Source: Thermoproteota archaeon (GTDB lineage Archaea; Korarchaeota; Korarchaeia; B14-G2). Taken from it: a stretch of 11,238 nt of DNA. Made by a program: the position numbers and the translations under genes. Below, piece after piece: positions 1 through 7,726 of this stretch. The stretch is from the NCBI GenBank assembly GCA_037917675.1, contig JAVCBW010000047.1:1-11238 (forward strand), written 5' to 3'. Numbering within the stretch: position 1 is the first letter of the stretch; each line of letters starts with the position of its first letter. The notes under the pieces are model-generated. The model worked only from the letters and a program-made list of their open reading frames with translations. It did not search any database and was not told the DNA's origin.

Positions 1-594
1 CATCACGTGCTCTATCCAGAACACAGTGATCCCCAGCTCCTTCCTTATTCTCCTTATCAACTCCATTGCCTCTATAGTTTCCGTGGGATTTAAGCCTGCT
101 ATCACTTCATCAAGAAGCACTACTTCAGGCCCTGTAGCTAGAGCTGTAGCTACTTCAAGCATTTTCCTCTCAACTAGGGTTAGACTCCTAGCTAGCATAT
201 CTCTCTTCTCTGACAGCCCCACGAACTCAAGGTAGTATTTTGCCTCCTTCTTAGCTTCCTGGACGCTGATGGAGCTTTTACCCCCGAATAAGACGCCACA
301 TACAACGTTGTCTAAAGCTGACATATCTAGGAATGGACGTACTATCTGGAAGGTTCTTGCTATCCCGAGCTTACAGATTTCATGTGGGCTAAGCCCAGTT
401 ATATCTCTACCCTTGAACAATACTTTACCAGACTCAGGTCTGTAAACGCCTGTAATAACGTTAAAGAGAGTGGTCTTACCTGCTCCATTTGGCCCTATTA
501 ACCCGACTATCTCGTCTCTTCTGACCTCAAAATCTACATCCCTCAGCGCAGCTAGCCCTCCGAAGTATTTGGTCAGCTTTATCCCCTCTAGCAT
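1..594 (-). CDS. livG: HAAT/branched-chain amino acid ABC transporter ATP-binding subunit, LivG-type (3' end runs off the window)
   Basis: Not in the ORF track; hand translation from ATG 594: MLEGIKLTKYFGGLAALRDVDF..., Walker A GPNGAGKTT, Q-loop IARTFQIVRPF, Walker B/D-loop VLLDEVIAGLN, H-loop FWIEHVM at the window edge. Open for 198 codons; SD-like AGGAGGGTG at 610-602. Confidence 0.95.
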   Translation of the reverse strand, partial: MLEGIKLTKYFGGLAALRDVDFEVRRDEIVGLIGPNGAGKTTLFNVITGVYRPESGKVLFKGRDITGLSPHEICKLGIARTFQIVRPFLDMSALDNVVCGVLFGGKSSISVQEAKKEAKYYLEFVGLSEKRDMLARSLTLVERKMLEVATALATGPEVVLLDEVIAGLNPTETIEAMELIRRIRKELGITVFWIEHVM

Positions 595-656
595 CTATAT
601 ACACCCTCCTTGTAAGGCTCCTAGGTAGAGATAGTTTAGTGCCTGAGTGGGTATCG

Positions 657-664
657 TTTATAAA
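657..664. promoter_or_regulatory. Palindromic TATA box TTTATAAA between divergent livG and livH
   Basis: Exact match to the archaeal TATA consensus, self-complementary, 26 nt upstream of ATG 691; the best TATA candidate in the 96-nt intergenic gap. Confidence 0.65.
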
Positions 665-690
665 TGCATCTACTTAAGCCTGGAGATAAC

Positions 691-1566
691 ATGGTTCCAT
701 GGGATTATATTGTGAGACAGCTGTTCTATGGGCTTGTATCTGGGTGCATGTATGCCTTGATGGCAGCTGGACTCTCTTTGATATTCGGTGTGATGAAGAT
801 GTTGAACTTTGCACATGGAGAGTTCTATATGATAGGGGGTTATGTCATCTACTTTCTGGTTGTTAAATTCGGAGTAGACCCTATGCTGTCAATTTTCTCT
901 GCTTTGATAGCTGCCTTCCTGACAGGCATGCTAATTGAGAGAGTATTCTTAAGGCCTCTGTTTGGGAGGCCTGCCTGGGATCTAAGCGCTCTCACGGTCA
1001 CGATAGGGCTATCGATATTCCTCCAGAACTTCGCCTTAGTCTTTTGGGGAGAGAAGTATAAGAGAATTCCAGAGTATATTGCTGGGACAGTCAGCATATA
1101 TGGTATACCTATTAGCCTACAGAGGGTGCTCGTTGTAGTTGGCTCGCTTTGTCTGATAGCTGTACTATGGGGAGTACTCCATAGGACCATGTTTGGGAAA
1201 GCTATAAGGGCTGTTGCACAGGATCCTGATGCAGCTTCCTTGATGGGGATAAATCCGAGGAAGATATTTATGCTGACATATGCGATAAGCTGCATGCTTG
1301 CTGCATTCGCGGGAGCATTGCTCTCTCCTATATTCATGGTCTATCCTACGATGGGGGCATCTCCATTTCTTAAGGGGTTCTGTGTAGCGATATTCGGTGG
1401 GCTTGGGAGCTTCGAGGGAGCTGTATTAGGTGGTATGTTGCTTGGGTTAGCTGAGGTAGCAGGGATAGCCTTATTTGGTGCTGAGTGGAGGGATGTCATC
1501 GCTTTCACCTTGCTTATACTTACACTAGTTTTCAAGCCATCTGGGTTGCTTGGGCGTGGTGAGTAG
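691..1566 (+). CDS. livH: HAAT ABC transporter permease, LivH-type
   Basis: Motifs YALMAAGLSLIFGVMKMLNFAHGEF, GKAIRAVAQDPDAASLMGIN, FGGLGS, KPSGLLG; multiple hydrophobic helices. Start placed at ATG 691 (GGAGA at 682-686) because the ORF-track ATG 664 overlaps the TATA box. Confidence 0.93.
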   Translation: MVPWDYIVRQLFYGLVSGCMYALMAAGLSLIFGVMKMLNFAHGEFYMIGGYVIYFLVVKFGVDPMLSIFSALIAAFLTGMLIERVFLRPLFGRPAWDLSALTVTIGLSIFLQNFALVFWGEKYKRIPEYIAGTVSIYGIPISLQRVLVVVGSLCLIAVLWGVLHRTMFGKAIRAVAQDPDAASLMGINPRKIFMLTYAISCMLAAFAGALLSPIFMVYPTMGASPFLKGFCVAIFGGLGSFEGAVLGGMLLGLAEVAGIALFGAEWRDVIAFTLLILTLVFKPSGLLGRGE

Positions 1567-1567
1567 T

Positions 1568-2563
1568 ATGAGCATCTATGGTGGTGTCTCTAAGCTTAAG
1601 TCTGCTGTCAGAGAGTACCCGAGAGCAATCCTGCTGTTATTTGCATTGTATCTCATACCTCTGTTCATCAGAAGCCCCTACATACTGCACCTCATGGTGT
1701 TAGGCTACATATATGCGATCTTGACTACTAGCTGGGATCTCGTATGTGGGTATACAGGGATATTCAGCTTTGCTCACGCTGCATTCTGTGGCATCGGAGC
1801 ATACACGTCATCACTCCTCTCCATGAGAATGGGAATAAACCCTTGGCTAACAATTTTAGTTGGGAGCTTAACTTCAACAGGCATAGGATTTCTCATAGCT
1901 CTCCCATGTCTTAGGCTGAGAGGGCCGTATATAGTGATTGTGACTCTAGCCTTCAGTGAGATAGCTAGGATAACATGCTCGAACCTAGTGGATATAACAA
2001 GGGGAGAGCTTGGCTTATGGGGGATCCCTCCTCTTCTGCAGGTTAGTGGGCGTAGAGAATACTACTATCTCATAGCTCTAAGCTTCTTTGCAGCCACATT
2101 ACTGTCTCTATATGCTTTAATAAGATCGAAGATGGGGTATGCTCTCTCAGCTATAGGGCAGGATGAGCTTAAGGCTAGGAGCATAGGGATAAATGTCACA
2201 GAGTATAAGCTGCTTGCATTCTCTATTAGTGCCTTCTTCGCAGGGCTAGCTGGAGGGCTTTATGCCCATTATGTGCTCCTCCTGGTACCAAGTGCCATAT
2301 TGAGCTTAGGGCTCATGGTTGAAATCATGACGATGAGCCTTATAGGAGGTTTAAAGTCTCTTGTAGGACCAGCTATAGGATCTTTTCTCCTCGTCTTTAT
2401 CTCAGAGTACCTGAGAGCTATAGGGCCATATAGGTTCTTGATATATGGCTTACTCATCATGGTTATCGTTATTTGGGCTCCTAGTGGCATGGTGCTGGCG
2501 GTAAGGAAGGTAGGTGACCTGATTGGGCTGACTAAGCCCATAGTGTGGAAGGGTCAAAAATAG
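1568..2563 (+). CDS. livM: HAAT ABC transporter permease, LivM-type
   Basis: Motifs GYTGIFSFAHAAFCGIGAY, LRLRGPYIVIVTLAFSE, DELKARSIGIN, AGLAGGLYAHY, IGGLKSLVGP. Start placed at ATG 1568, 1 nt after the livH stop and preceded by GGTGA (1558-1562), rather than TTG 1550. Confidence 0.93.
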   Translation: MSIYGGVSKLKSAVREYPRAILLLFALYLIPLFIRSPYILHLMVLGYIYAILTTSWDLVCGYTGIFSFAHAAFCGIGAYTSSLLSMRMGINPWLTILVGSLTSTGIGFLIALPCLRLRGPYIVIVTLAFSEIARITCSNLVDITRGELGLWGIPPLLQVSGRREYYYLIALSFFAATLLSLYALIRSKMGYALSAIGQDELKARSIGINVTEYKLLAFSISAFFAGLAGGLYAHYVLLLVPSAILSLGLMVEIMTMSLIGGLKSLVGPAIGSFLLVFISEYLRAIGPYRFLIYGLLIMVIVIWAPSGMVLAVRKVGDLIGLTKPIVWKGQK

Positions 2564-2575
2564 TGGGAGGAAGAG
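2556..2575 (-). terminator. Possible archaeal pyrimidine/oligo-T terminator for the binding-protein gene
   Basis: On the minus strand CTCTTCCTCCCACTATTTTT directly follows the stop at 2576; the T5 run overlaps the livM 3' end. Weak signal. Confidence 0.3.
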
Positions 2576-3856
2576 CTAAAGCCAGGGGGGTACTTTCCAT
2601 TCAGCTTGCTTACACCATTCAGGCCATACTACTACGTTCTTTCCACCCACTATCTGATACATTAGCTGGGGCATGTACTCTGGACCTGGGAGCACTTCAT
2701 GGTTGTCTTTACCGAACACAAACTTCCCTAGCGGGCCTACATACTCCATGGTTAGCAGGGTTTCAGCTATTTTATCCTTATCTAGAGTCCCAGCTTTCTC
2801 TATAGCTTCGAATAGCATCATTAGAGGAGCATACCCATATGCAGCGTCTGCTGTAGCCTTTTCTCCAGGCCACCTTTTCTCGTAGTCTCTTATGAACTGC
2901 TCTGATGGAGGGTGGCCTGGGATCAGCGCCATTGAAGAGCACCAGGTCACGTACTCAGCTGCTTCTCCACACTGGGGTATGTACTCTGCCTTAACTGGAT
3001 AGTAGTTCCCATAGAAAACTGCTTTAACCTTAGCTTCCTTAAACTGCTTTGTTAGAGCTACACCTGATGCTAGAGATGTCAGTATGGACCAGACCATATC
3101 AGGTTTCTTCTCTGCTATGTCAGCAAGAACCGGGTAGAAGTCGGTCTCCCCAACGGGTACTACGTGCTTAGCTACGACTTTGAACCCTATCTTCTCGAAT
3201 TCCTTAGCTACAGCTTCACTAACAGTCCTACCATAGTCTGTATCCTCTAGGATCAGAGCTATCGTCTTTGTCTTAGGCTTAAACAGGCCCTTTTCTATTA
3301 TGTACTTTGTGAAGGAGGCGAAGGCTATCCCATAAGCTGATCCATTGACGTCGCATTTGAAGAAGTACTTGTACTTCTCTGGGTTCTCAAGCACCTTCTT
3401 TGATATAGCTGAGCTGACTGGCTGCATGCTTATCGCGAGGATCCCGTATTTCGCGTAGACTTCCATTGCAGCCAAGGTTACTGAGGAGTGTAGGTGTCCA
3501 CATATGAAGTCTACTTTCTCCTTTGTAATGAGCATCTCAGCTACGCTGACTCCGACCTCAGGCTTTGACTGAGTGTCTGCGAACACGAGCTCGACTTTCA
3601 GCCTCCTTCCGAGCTCCTTTACATAGATCCCGCCCTTCTCATTTACTTGCTCCATGGCGAGTATAGCTCCTCTCTTCATGGCTAAGCCTGTCTCGGCAGC
3701 TGGACCTGTCAGTGGAAGTGGTACACCTATCTTTATAACCTCCTTCGGTGGGGGACGTGTAGTTAACCAGGCATAGTAGCCGCCTACAGCCACTACTATA
3801 ATGACTATTACAGCGAGGACTACAGCTTGCACCTTCGTCAAAGCTCTCCTAGACAT
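2576..3856 (-). CDS. HAAT ABC transporter substrate-binding protein (LivJ/LivK-like type I fold), membrane-anchored
   Basis: IKIGVPLPLTGPAAETG, ADTQSKPE, GHLHSS, EDTDYGR, GETDFYPVL, AIEKAGTLD are typical of the family; N-terminal hydrophobic anchor followed by a PPP linker. Start is ATG 3856 (MSRRA...) or upstream at 3871/3877; the ligand is unknown. Confidence 0.9.
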   Translation of the reverse strand: MSRRALTKVQAVVLAVIVIIVVAVGGYYAWLTTRPPPKEVIKIGVPLPLTGPAAETGLAMKRGAILAMEQVNEKGGIYVKELGRRLKVELVFADTQSKPEVGVSVAEMLITKEKVDFICGHLHSSVTLAAMEVYAKYGILAISMQPVSSAISKKVLENPEKYKYFFKCDVNGSAYGIAFASFTKYIIEKGLFKPKTKTIALILEDTDYGRTVSEAVAKEFEKIGFKVVAKHVVPVGETDFYPVLADIAEKKPDMVWSILTSLASGVALTKQFKEAKVKAVFYGNYYPVKAEYIPQCGEAAEYVTWCSSMALIPGHPPSEQFIRDYEKRWPGEKATADAAYGYAPLMMLFEAIEKAGTLDKDKIAETLLTMEYVGPLGKFVFGKDNHEVLPGPEYMPQLMYQIVGGKNVVVWPEWCKQAEWKVPPWL

Positions 3857-3898
3857 TTTTATCCATCTCATATGCATCCTGTGTCTCCACCAGTACTT

Positions 3899-3908
3899 GC
3901 TTTTTAAG
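3899..3908 (-). promoter_or_regulatory. TATA-like box CTTAAAAAGC upstream of the binding-protein gene
   Basis: AT-rich box in the intergenic gap, 21 nt upstream of ATG 3877; the identical 10-mer precedes the aminotransferase (6320-6329). Confidence 0.5.
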
Positions 3909-3954
3909 CCTTACCTTGGGAGCCCTTATTTACCTGTGCCTGTTGAGAAGCTCT

Positions 3955-5226
3955 TTACACAGGAATTACTTCGAGTATGTTTGCTATGGATGTAGCTAGC
4001 ACTTTAGTGTAGAGTATGAGGTCTTGTATGCTCACGTACTCATCAGTAGTGTGTGCTAGCGCAGGGAGGCCAGGGCCATACACTACGCACTCTGAAAGAT
4101 TGAGTTTGCTCAATACGAATTTCATATCGCATGTGGCTGGGAGCAGGAATAATTCAGGCTTCATTCCTGTCAAGCTCCTTATTTTAGAGCATATGACTCT
4201 AGCTAGCTTTGAGTCTGGTGATGTATGCAGTGGGGGGACAGACATGACCTCTACGACCTCGCAGTCGACTCCAGCTTCCCTTTTAGCTGATTCTAGGGCC
4301 TCCATGAACTCTCTTCTGACATCACTCAAATCTTCTTCAGGTATCACACGTCTATCCAGGGATGCGATGCATAGGTCTGGTATTATGTTTCGTGCATAGC
4401 CTCCACTTATCATGTTTACAGAGATTGATGGGGTTCTACACTCCTCTGGAAGTATGGGCCAGGTTGACCTCCTGCTCTCGACTTTCGGCTTTAACCTATT
4501 GAGCACCCTAGTTAGTATATATAGCATTTTTTCGACAGCATTCTCTCCTAAGTGCGGCTGGGCACCATGTGACTTTATGCCTCTTGTAATTAGCTCCCAC
4601 CAGATGACTCCTCTATGCCCTATACAAACTCTTCCTACAGATGATACATCTGCTATTATGCAGTAATCACCAAACTTCCTCTTTTTGAAGTAGTTCTCTA
4701 TGAGATAACCAAGCCCAGCGAATCCGCCAGTCTCCTCATCTACTGTGAGGGTCTGTATTATAGTGCCTTTTAACGCTGCTCCGCTGCCTCTAATAGCTTC
4801 TATGGCATATATCTGAGCTGCAATGCCAGCTTTCATATCGCTAGCTCCTCTCCCATAGATTCTACCATCCTCCTCTATGGCTCCGAATGGAGGCTTACTC
4901 CAGCCTGATCCGGCTGGAACAACGTCAAAGTGTCCATTTAAGTGTAGAGCTCTCTCGCTGCCTCTAAGCTGGGCTACTACATTGACTCTGGGCAGTGATT
5001 CTCCATGTGGAGCAAGCTTTTCAGCTAGGGAAGCCGGCACCTCAACTAGCTCGACTTCGTAGTCTAGCTTCTCTAGCATATCAGCAAGTAGCTCTGCACA
5101 CTTCCTGTAGTTTCTGCCTGGCGGGTTCTCGGTAGGTATTCTGATCAGATCCTTTGTAAGCTCTATTATCTTACTCTTCAGCCTGTCTACTTCCTCTATT
5201 ATATTCTCCTCAGCTTTTGTGAGCAT
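3955..5226 (-). CDS. M20 family metallo-amidohydrolase, ArgE/DapE-like; substrate unknown
   Basis: LNGHFDVVP (H99), YGRGASDMK (D130), VDEETGG (E164/E165), SHGAQPHLGENA, LAHTTDEYV (H392). Starts 11 nt after the transcarbamylase stop, so probably co-transcribed. Confidence 0.92.
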   Translation of the reverse strand: MLTKAEENIIEEVDRLKSKIIELTKDLIRIPTENPPGRNYRKCAELLADMLEKLDYEVELVEVPASLAEKLAPHGESLPRVNVVAQLRGSERALHLNGHFDVVPAGSGWSKPPFGAIEEDGRIYGRGASDMKAGIAAQIYAIEAIRGSGAALKGTIIQTLTVDEETGGFAGLGYLIENYFKKRKFGDYCIIADVSSVGRVCIGHRGVIWWELITRGIKSHGAQPHLGENAVEKMLYILTRVLNRLKPKVESRRSTWPILPEECRTPSISVNMISGGYARNIIPDLCIASLDRRVIPEEDLSDVRREFMEALESAKREAGVDCEVVEVMSVPPLHTSPDSKLARVICSKIRSLTGMKPELFLLPATCDMKFVLSKLNLSECVVYGPGLPALAHTTDEYVSIQDLILYTKVLATSIANILEVIPV

Positions 5227-5237
5227 GACCAGACCTG

Positions 5238-6176
5238 CTATGGTACTACCAGCGCTAGAACCGCTTTCTCAGTATGCATTCTGTTCTCAGCTTGATCCCA
5301 GACTACTGAGTGGGGGCCTTCTATGATGTCATCAGTTATTTCCTCGCCTCTATAGCATGGGAGACAGTGCATGAATATGAAGTCTTCTTTAGCAAACTTT
5401 ACTACCTCAGAGTTTATCTGATATGGGGCGAAGTCTCTTATCCTCTTCTCCTTTTCCCTCTCAGGCCCACCCATGCTATGCCATGTGTTGGCGTATATCA
5501 CGTCAGCTCCCTTTAAGGCTTCTTCTAGGTCTTCTGTTATCACTACCTCAGCTCCACTCCTCTTAGCTTGATCTTCTGCAAACTCCATTATCCTCTTATC
5601 AGGGTCATATCCCTTTGGTCTAGCAACGTAGATGTTTATCCCAAACATGCTTGATGCTACGATTAGGCTGTGACAGACATTCCATATGTCTCCAGCGTAA
5701 GCGAGTTTTATGCCCCTTAACCTCCCCTTCTTCTCTCTTATTGTGAGCAGGTCTGCTAGAGCCTGACATGGATGTGTCAGGTCTGTTAGAGCATTTATCA
5801 CAGGGCCCTTCATGTATCTAGCGTACTCCTCTACCCTCTCCTGCTCAAATGTTCTTATCACGAGCGCATCGCAGTATCTGTCTATTACCCTAGCAGTGTC
5901 CTTGATAGGCTCTCCTCTAGCAAGCTGCATCTCATCAGGCCTCATGTAGAAGCTTTGGGCTCCGAGGTGGGCTATTGCAGCCTGGAAGGACGTTCTAGTC
6001 CTGGTTGAAGGCTTCTCGAATATCATGGCGATAGTCCTCCCCTTCAGGTATTCGTGAGGAGTTCTACTAGCCCATAGCCTCTTAAACTCACTTGAGACAT
6101 CAAGCATATACTCTACTTCCTCTCTAGTATAGTCCATGAGAGTTAGGAAATCTCTACCTCTGAACTTCCATCTCAA
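5238..6176 (-). CDS. Ornithine carbamoyltransferase-family transcarbamylase with a variant acceptor site
   Basis: Carbamoyl-phosphate motifs FEKPSTRTR, HPCQALAD, MHCLP and QAENR are intact; the SMG loop reads YANTWHSMG. Start placed at TTG 6176 (GAGGGTG at 6188-6182), giving 312 aa. Pipelines would call it argF; the symbol is withheld because of the Asp-to-Asn change. Confidence 0.9.
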   Translation of the reverse strand: MRWKFRGRDFLTLMDYTREEVEYMLDVSSEFKRLWASRTPHEYLKGRTIAMIFEKPSTRTRTSFQAAIAHLGAQSFYMRPDEMQLARGEPIKDTARVIDRYCDALVIRTFEQERVEEYARYMKGPVINALTDLTHPCQALADLLTIREKKGRLRGIKLAYAGDIWNVCHSLIVASSMFGINIYVARPKGYDPDKRIMEFAEDQAKRSGAEVVITEDLEEALKGADVIYANTWHSMGGPEREKEKRIRDFAPYQINSEVVKFAKEDFIFMHCLPCYRGEEITDDIIEGPHSVVWDQAENRMHTEKAVLALVVP

Positions 6177-6206
6177 GCTGCCACCCTCACATCTGAGAAG
6201 AATGCC

Positions 6207-6215
6207 TATTAAAAA
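6207..6215 (-). promoter_or_regulatory. TATA-like box TTTTTAATA for the transcarbamylase-M20 unit
   Basis: AT-rich box 30 nt upstream of TTG 6176 in the divergent intergenic region; lies inside the ORF-track N-terminal extension, which argues against the 6227 start. Confidence 0.45.
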
Positions 6216-6319
6216 GATATCCCTCATCCTTCTGAAGAACCCGTCTCTTAGCCGGCTTTTCTCGCTCTAGCCGTTTTAGCTTCCACTAGCACTTACAGTG
6301 AGCCATTAAGCTAGTTACT

Positions 6320-6329
6320 CTTAAAAAGC
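6320..6329 (+). promoter_or_regulatory. TATA-like box CTTAAAAAGC upstream of the aminotransferase
   Basis: 27 nt upstream of ATG 6357; identical to the box at 3908-3899 on the minus strand. Confidence 0.5.
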
Positions 6330-6356
6330 TAGATGTCTTGAGGGAGCTGTGGGAGC

Positions 6357-7726
6357 ATGGAGTTTTCAGATATGCATTTCTCTGAAGCTCCTCTGATAAA
6401 GGTCGACCCTCCTGGGCCAAGAGCTAGGGAGCTTATTGAGATGCAGCTGAAGCTTGAAAGCAATGCTGTCCTTTACCCTAGGAAGGTTCCCCTAGTAATT
6501 GATGAAGCTAAGGGAGCAACAATCAGGGATGTAGATGGGAACATCTACATAGATTTCTTTAGTGGGATTTCAGTGCTCAACTTCGGGCATTCAAATCCTG
6601 TTATAGTTGAGGCAGCTAGAAGGCAGCTAGAGAAGCTAGCTCACGCATTAGACTTCCCAACTGAGCCTAGACTAGAGCTTACAAAGCTCCTTAGAGATAT
6701 AGCTCCATTAGGCCTTAAGGGTAGATGTAAGGTCTTATATGGTGGGCCGACAGGATCAGATGCTATTGAAGCAGCTGTTAAGCTTGCTAAGTATAACACA
6801 AGGAAGCATGGGCTACTAGCCTTTGAGGGCTCCTATCATGGCCAGACAGCAGCAGCTCTCTCACTAACAAGCAGCAGAAGCTTCAAGGACAAGTACATAC
6901 CTATGCTACCTGAAGTCCACTTCTCACCTTATGCTTATTGCTATAGATGCCCACTAGGCTTAAGCTATCCTGAGTGTAGCATACAATGTGTCCGCTACCT
7001 GGAGAAGAGGCTGAAAGACCCATACTCAGGGCTACCTGATTTAGCTGCGATCATCGTAGAGCCTGTGCAAGGTGAAGGAGGGGTAATAGTCCCACCAGAC
7101 GAGTTCCTGAAGGAGGTGAGGAGGATAGCAAGCGAGCACTCAATCCCCTTAGTTATTGACGAGATACAAGCAGGTCTCTGCCGCACTGGAAAGATATTTG
7201 CATGTGAGCACTATGAAACTACGCCAGATGTAATGACATTAGCAAAGTCTCTCGGGGGTGGGATGCCGCTAGCAGCTTGCCTCTATAGAGAAGACTTAGA
7301 TACATGGGAGCCAGGAAGCCATCTTGGGACGTTCAGAGGACATGCAGTAGCTATGGCAGCAGGGGTAGCTGCTATGAAGTTCATGTTAGACTATAAGCTG
7401 TGGGAGCATACAGCTTCTCTAGGAGAGTTAGCTATCAAGAGACTAGAGGAAGTGGCTAGTGAGAGCGAGGTAGTAGGTGATGTTAGAGGAAAGGGGCTTA
7501 TGCTAGCGTTAGAGCTTGTAAAGGACACGAGGACAAAGGAACCTTGGCCTGATGGGGTGAAGAGAGTCCAGAGAGAGTGCTTTAGAAGGGGAGTCATAGT
7601 CTGGACAGCAGGACACTATGGAAATGTAGTGAGGCTGCTTCCACCACTCGTGATAACGAGGATCTCTTAGAAAAGGGGCTAGACATCCTTTCAGAAGTCA
7701 TCAGGTCGGTGGAGCATGAGATCTAA
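6357..7726 (+). CDS. Class III PLP aminotransferase, diaminobutyrate-2-oxoglutarate transaminase (Dat/EctB)-like; frameshifted near the 3' end
   Basis: DVDGNIYIDFFSG, GPTGSDAIEAAVKLAK, FEGSYHGQT, EPVQGEGG, DEIQAGLCRTG, PLP lysine in TLAKSLGGG (K297), WEPGSHLGTFRGH. As given, the frame stops at 7670; the expected terminal helix EDLLEKGLDILSEVIRSVEHEI continues in the -1 frame from 7658 to TAA 7724-7726. Confidence 0.88.

Noticed and set aside
6177-6227. 17-aa N-terminal extension of the transcarbamylase
   Set aside because: It spans the TATA-like box and the SD; family similarity starts at about KFRGRDFL.
7668-7682. TAG readthrough (pyrrolysine) or programmed frameshift at the aminotransferase stop
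   Set aside because: In-frame readthrough gives only KRG and then another TAG; there is no X XXY YYZ slippery site between the conserved PPL and the stop.
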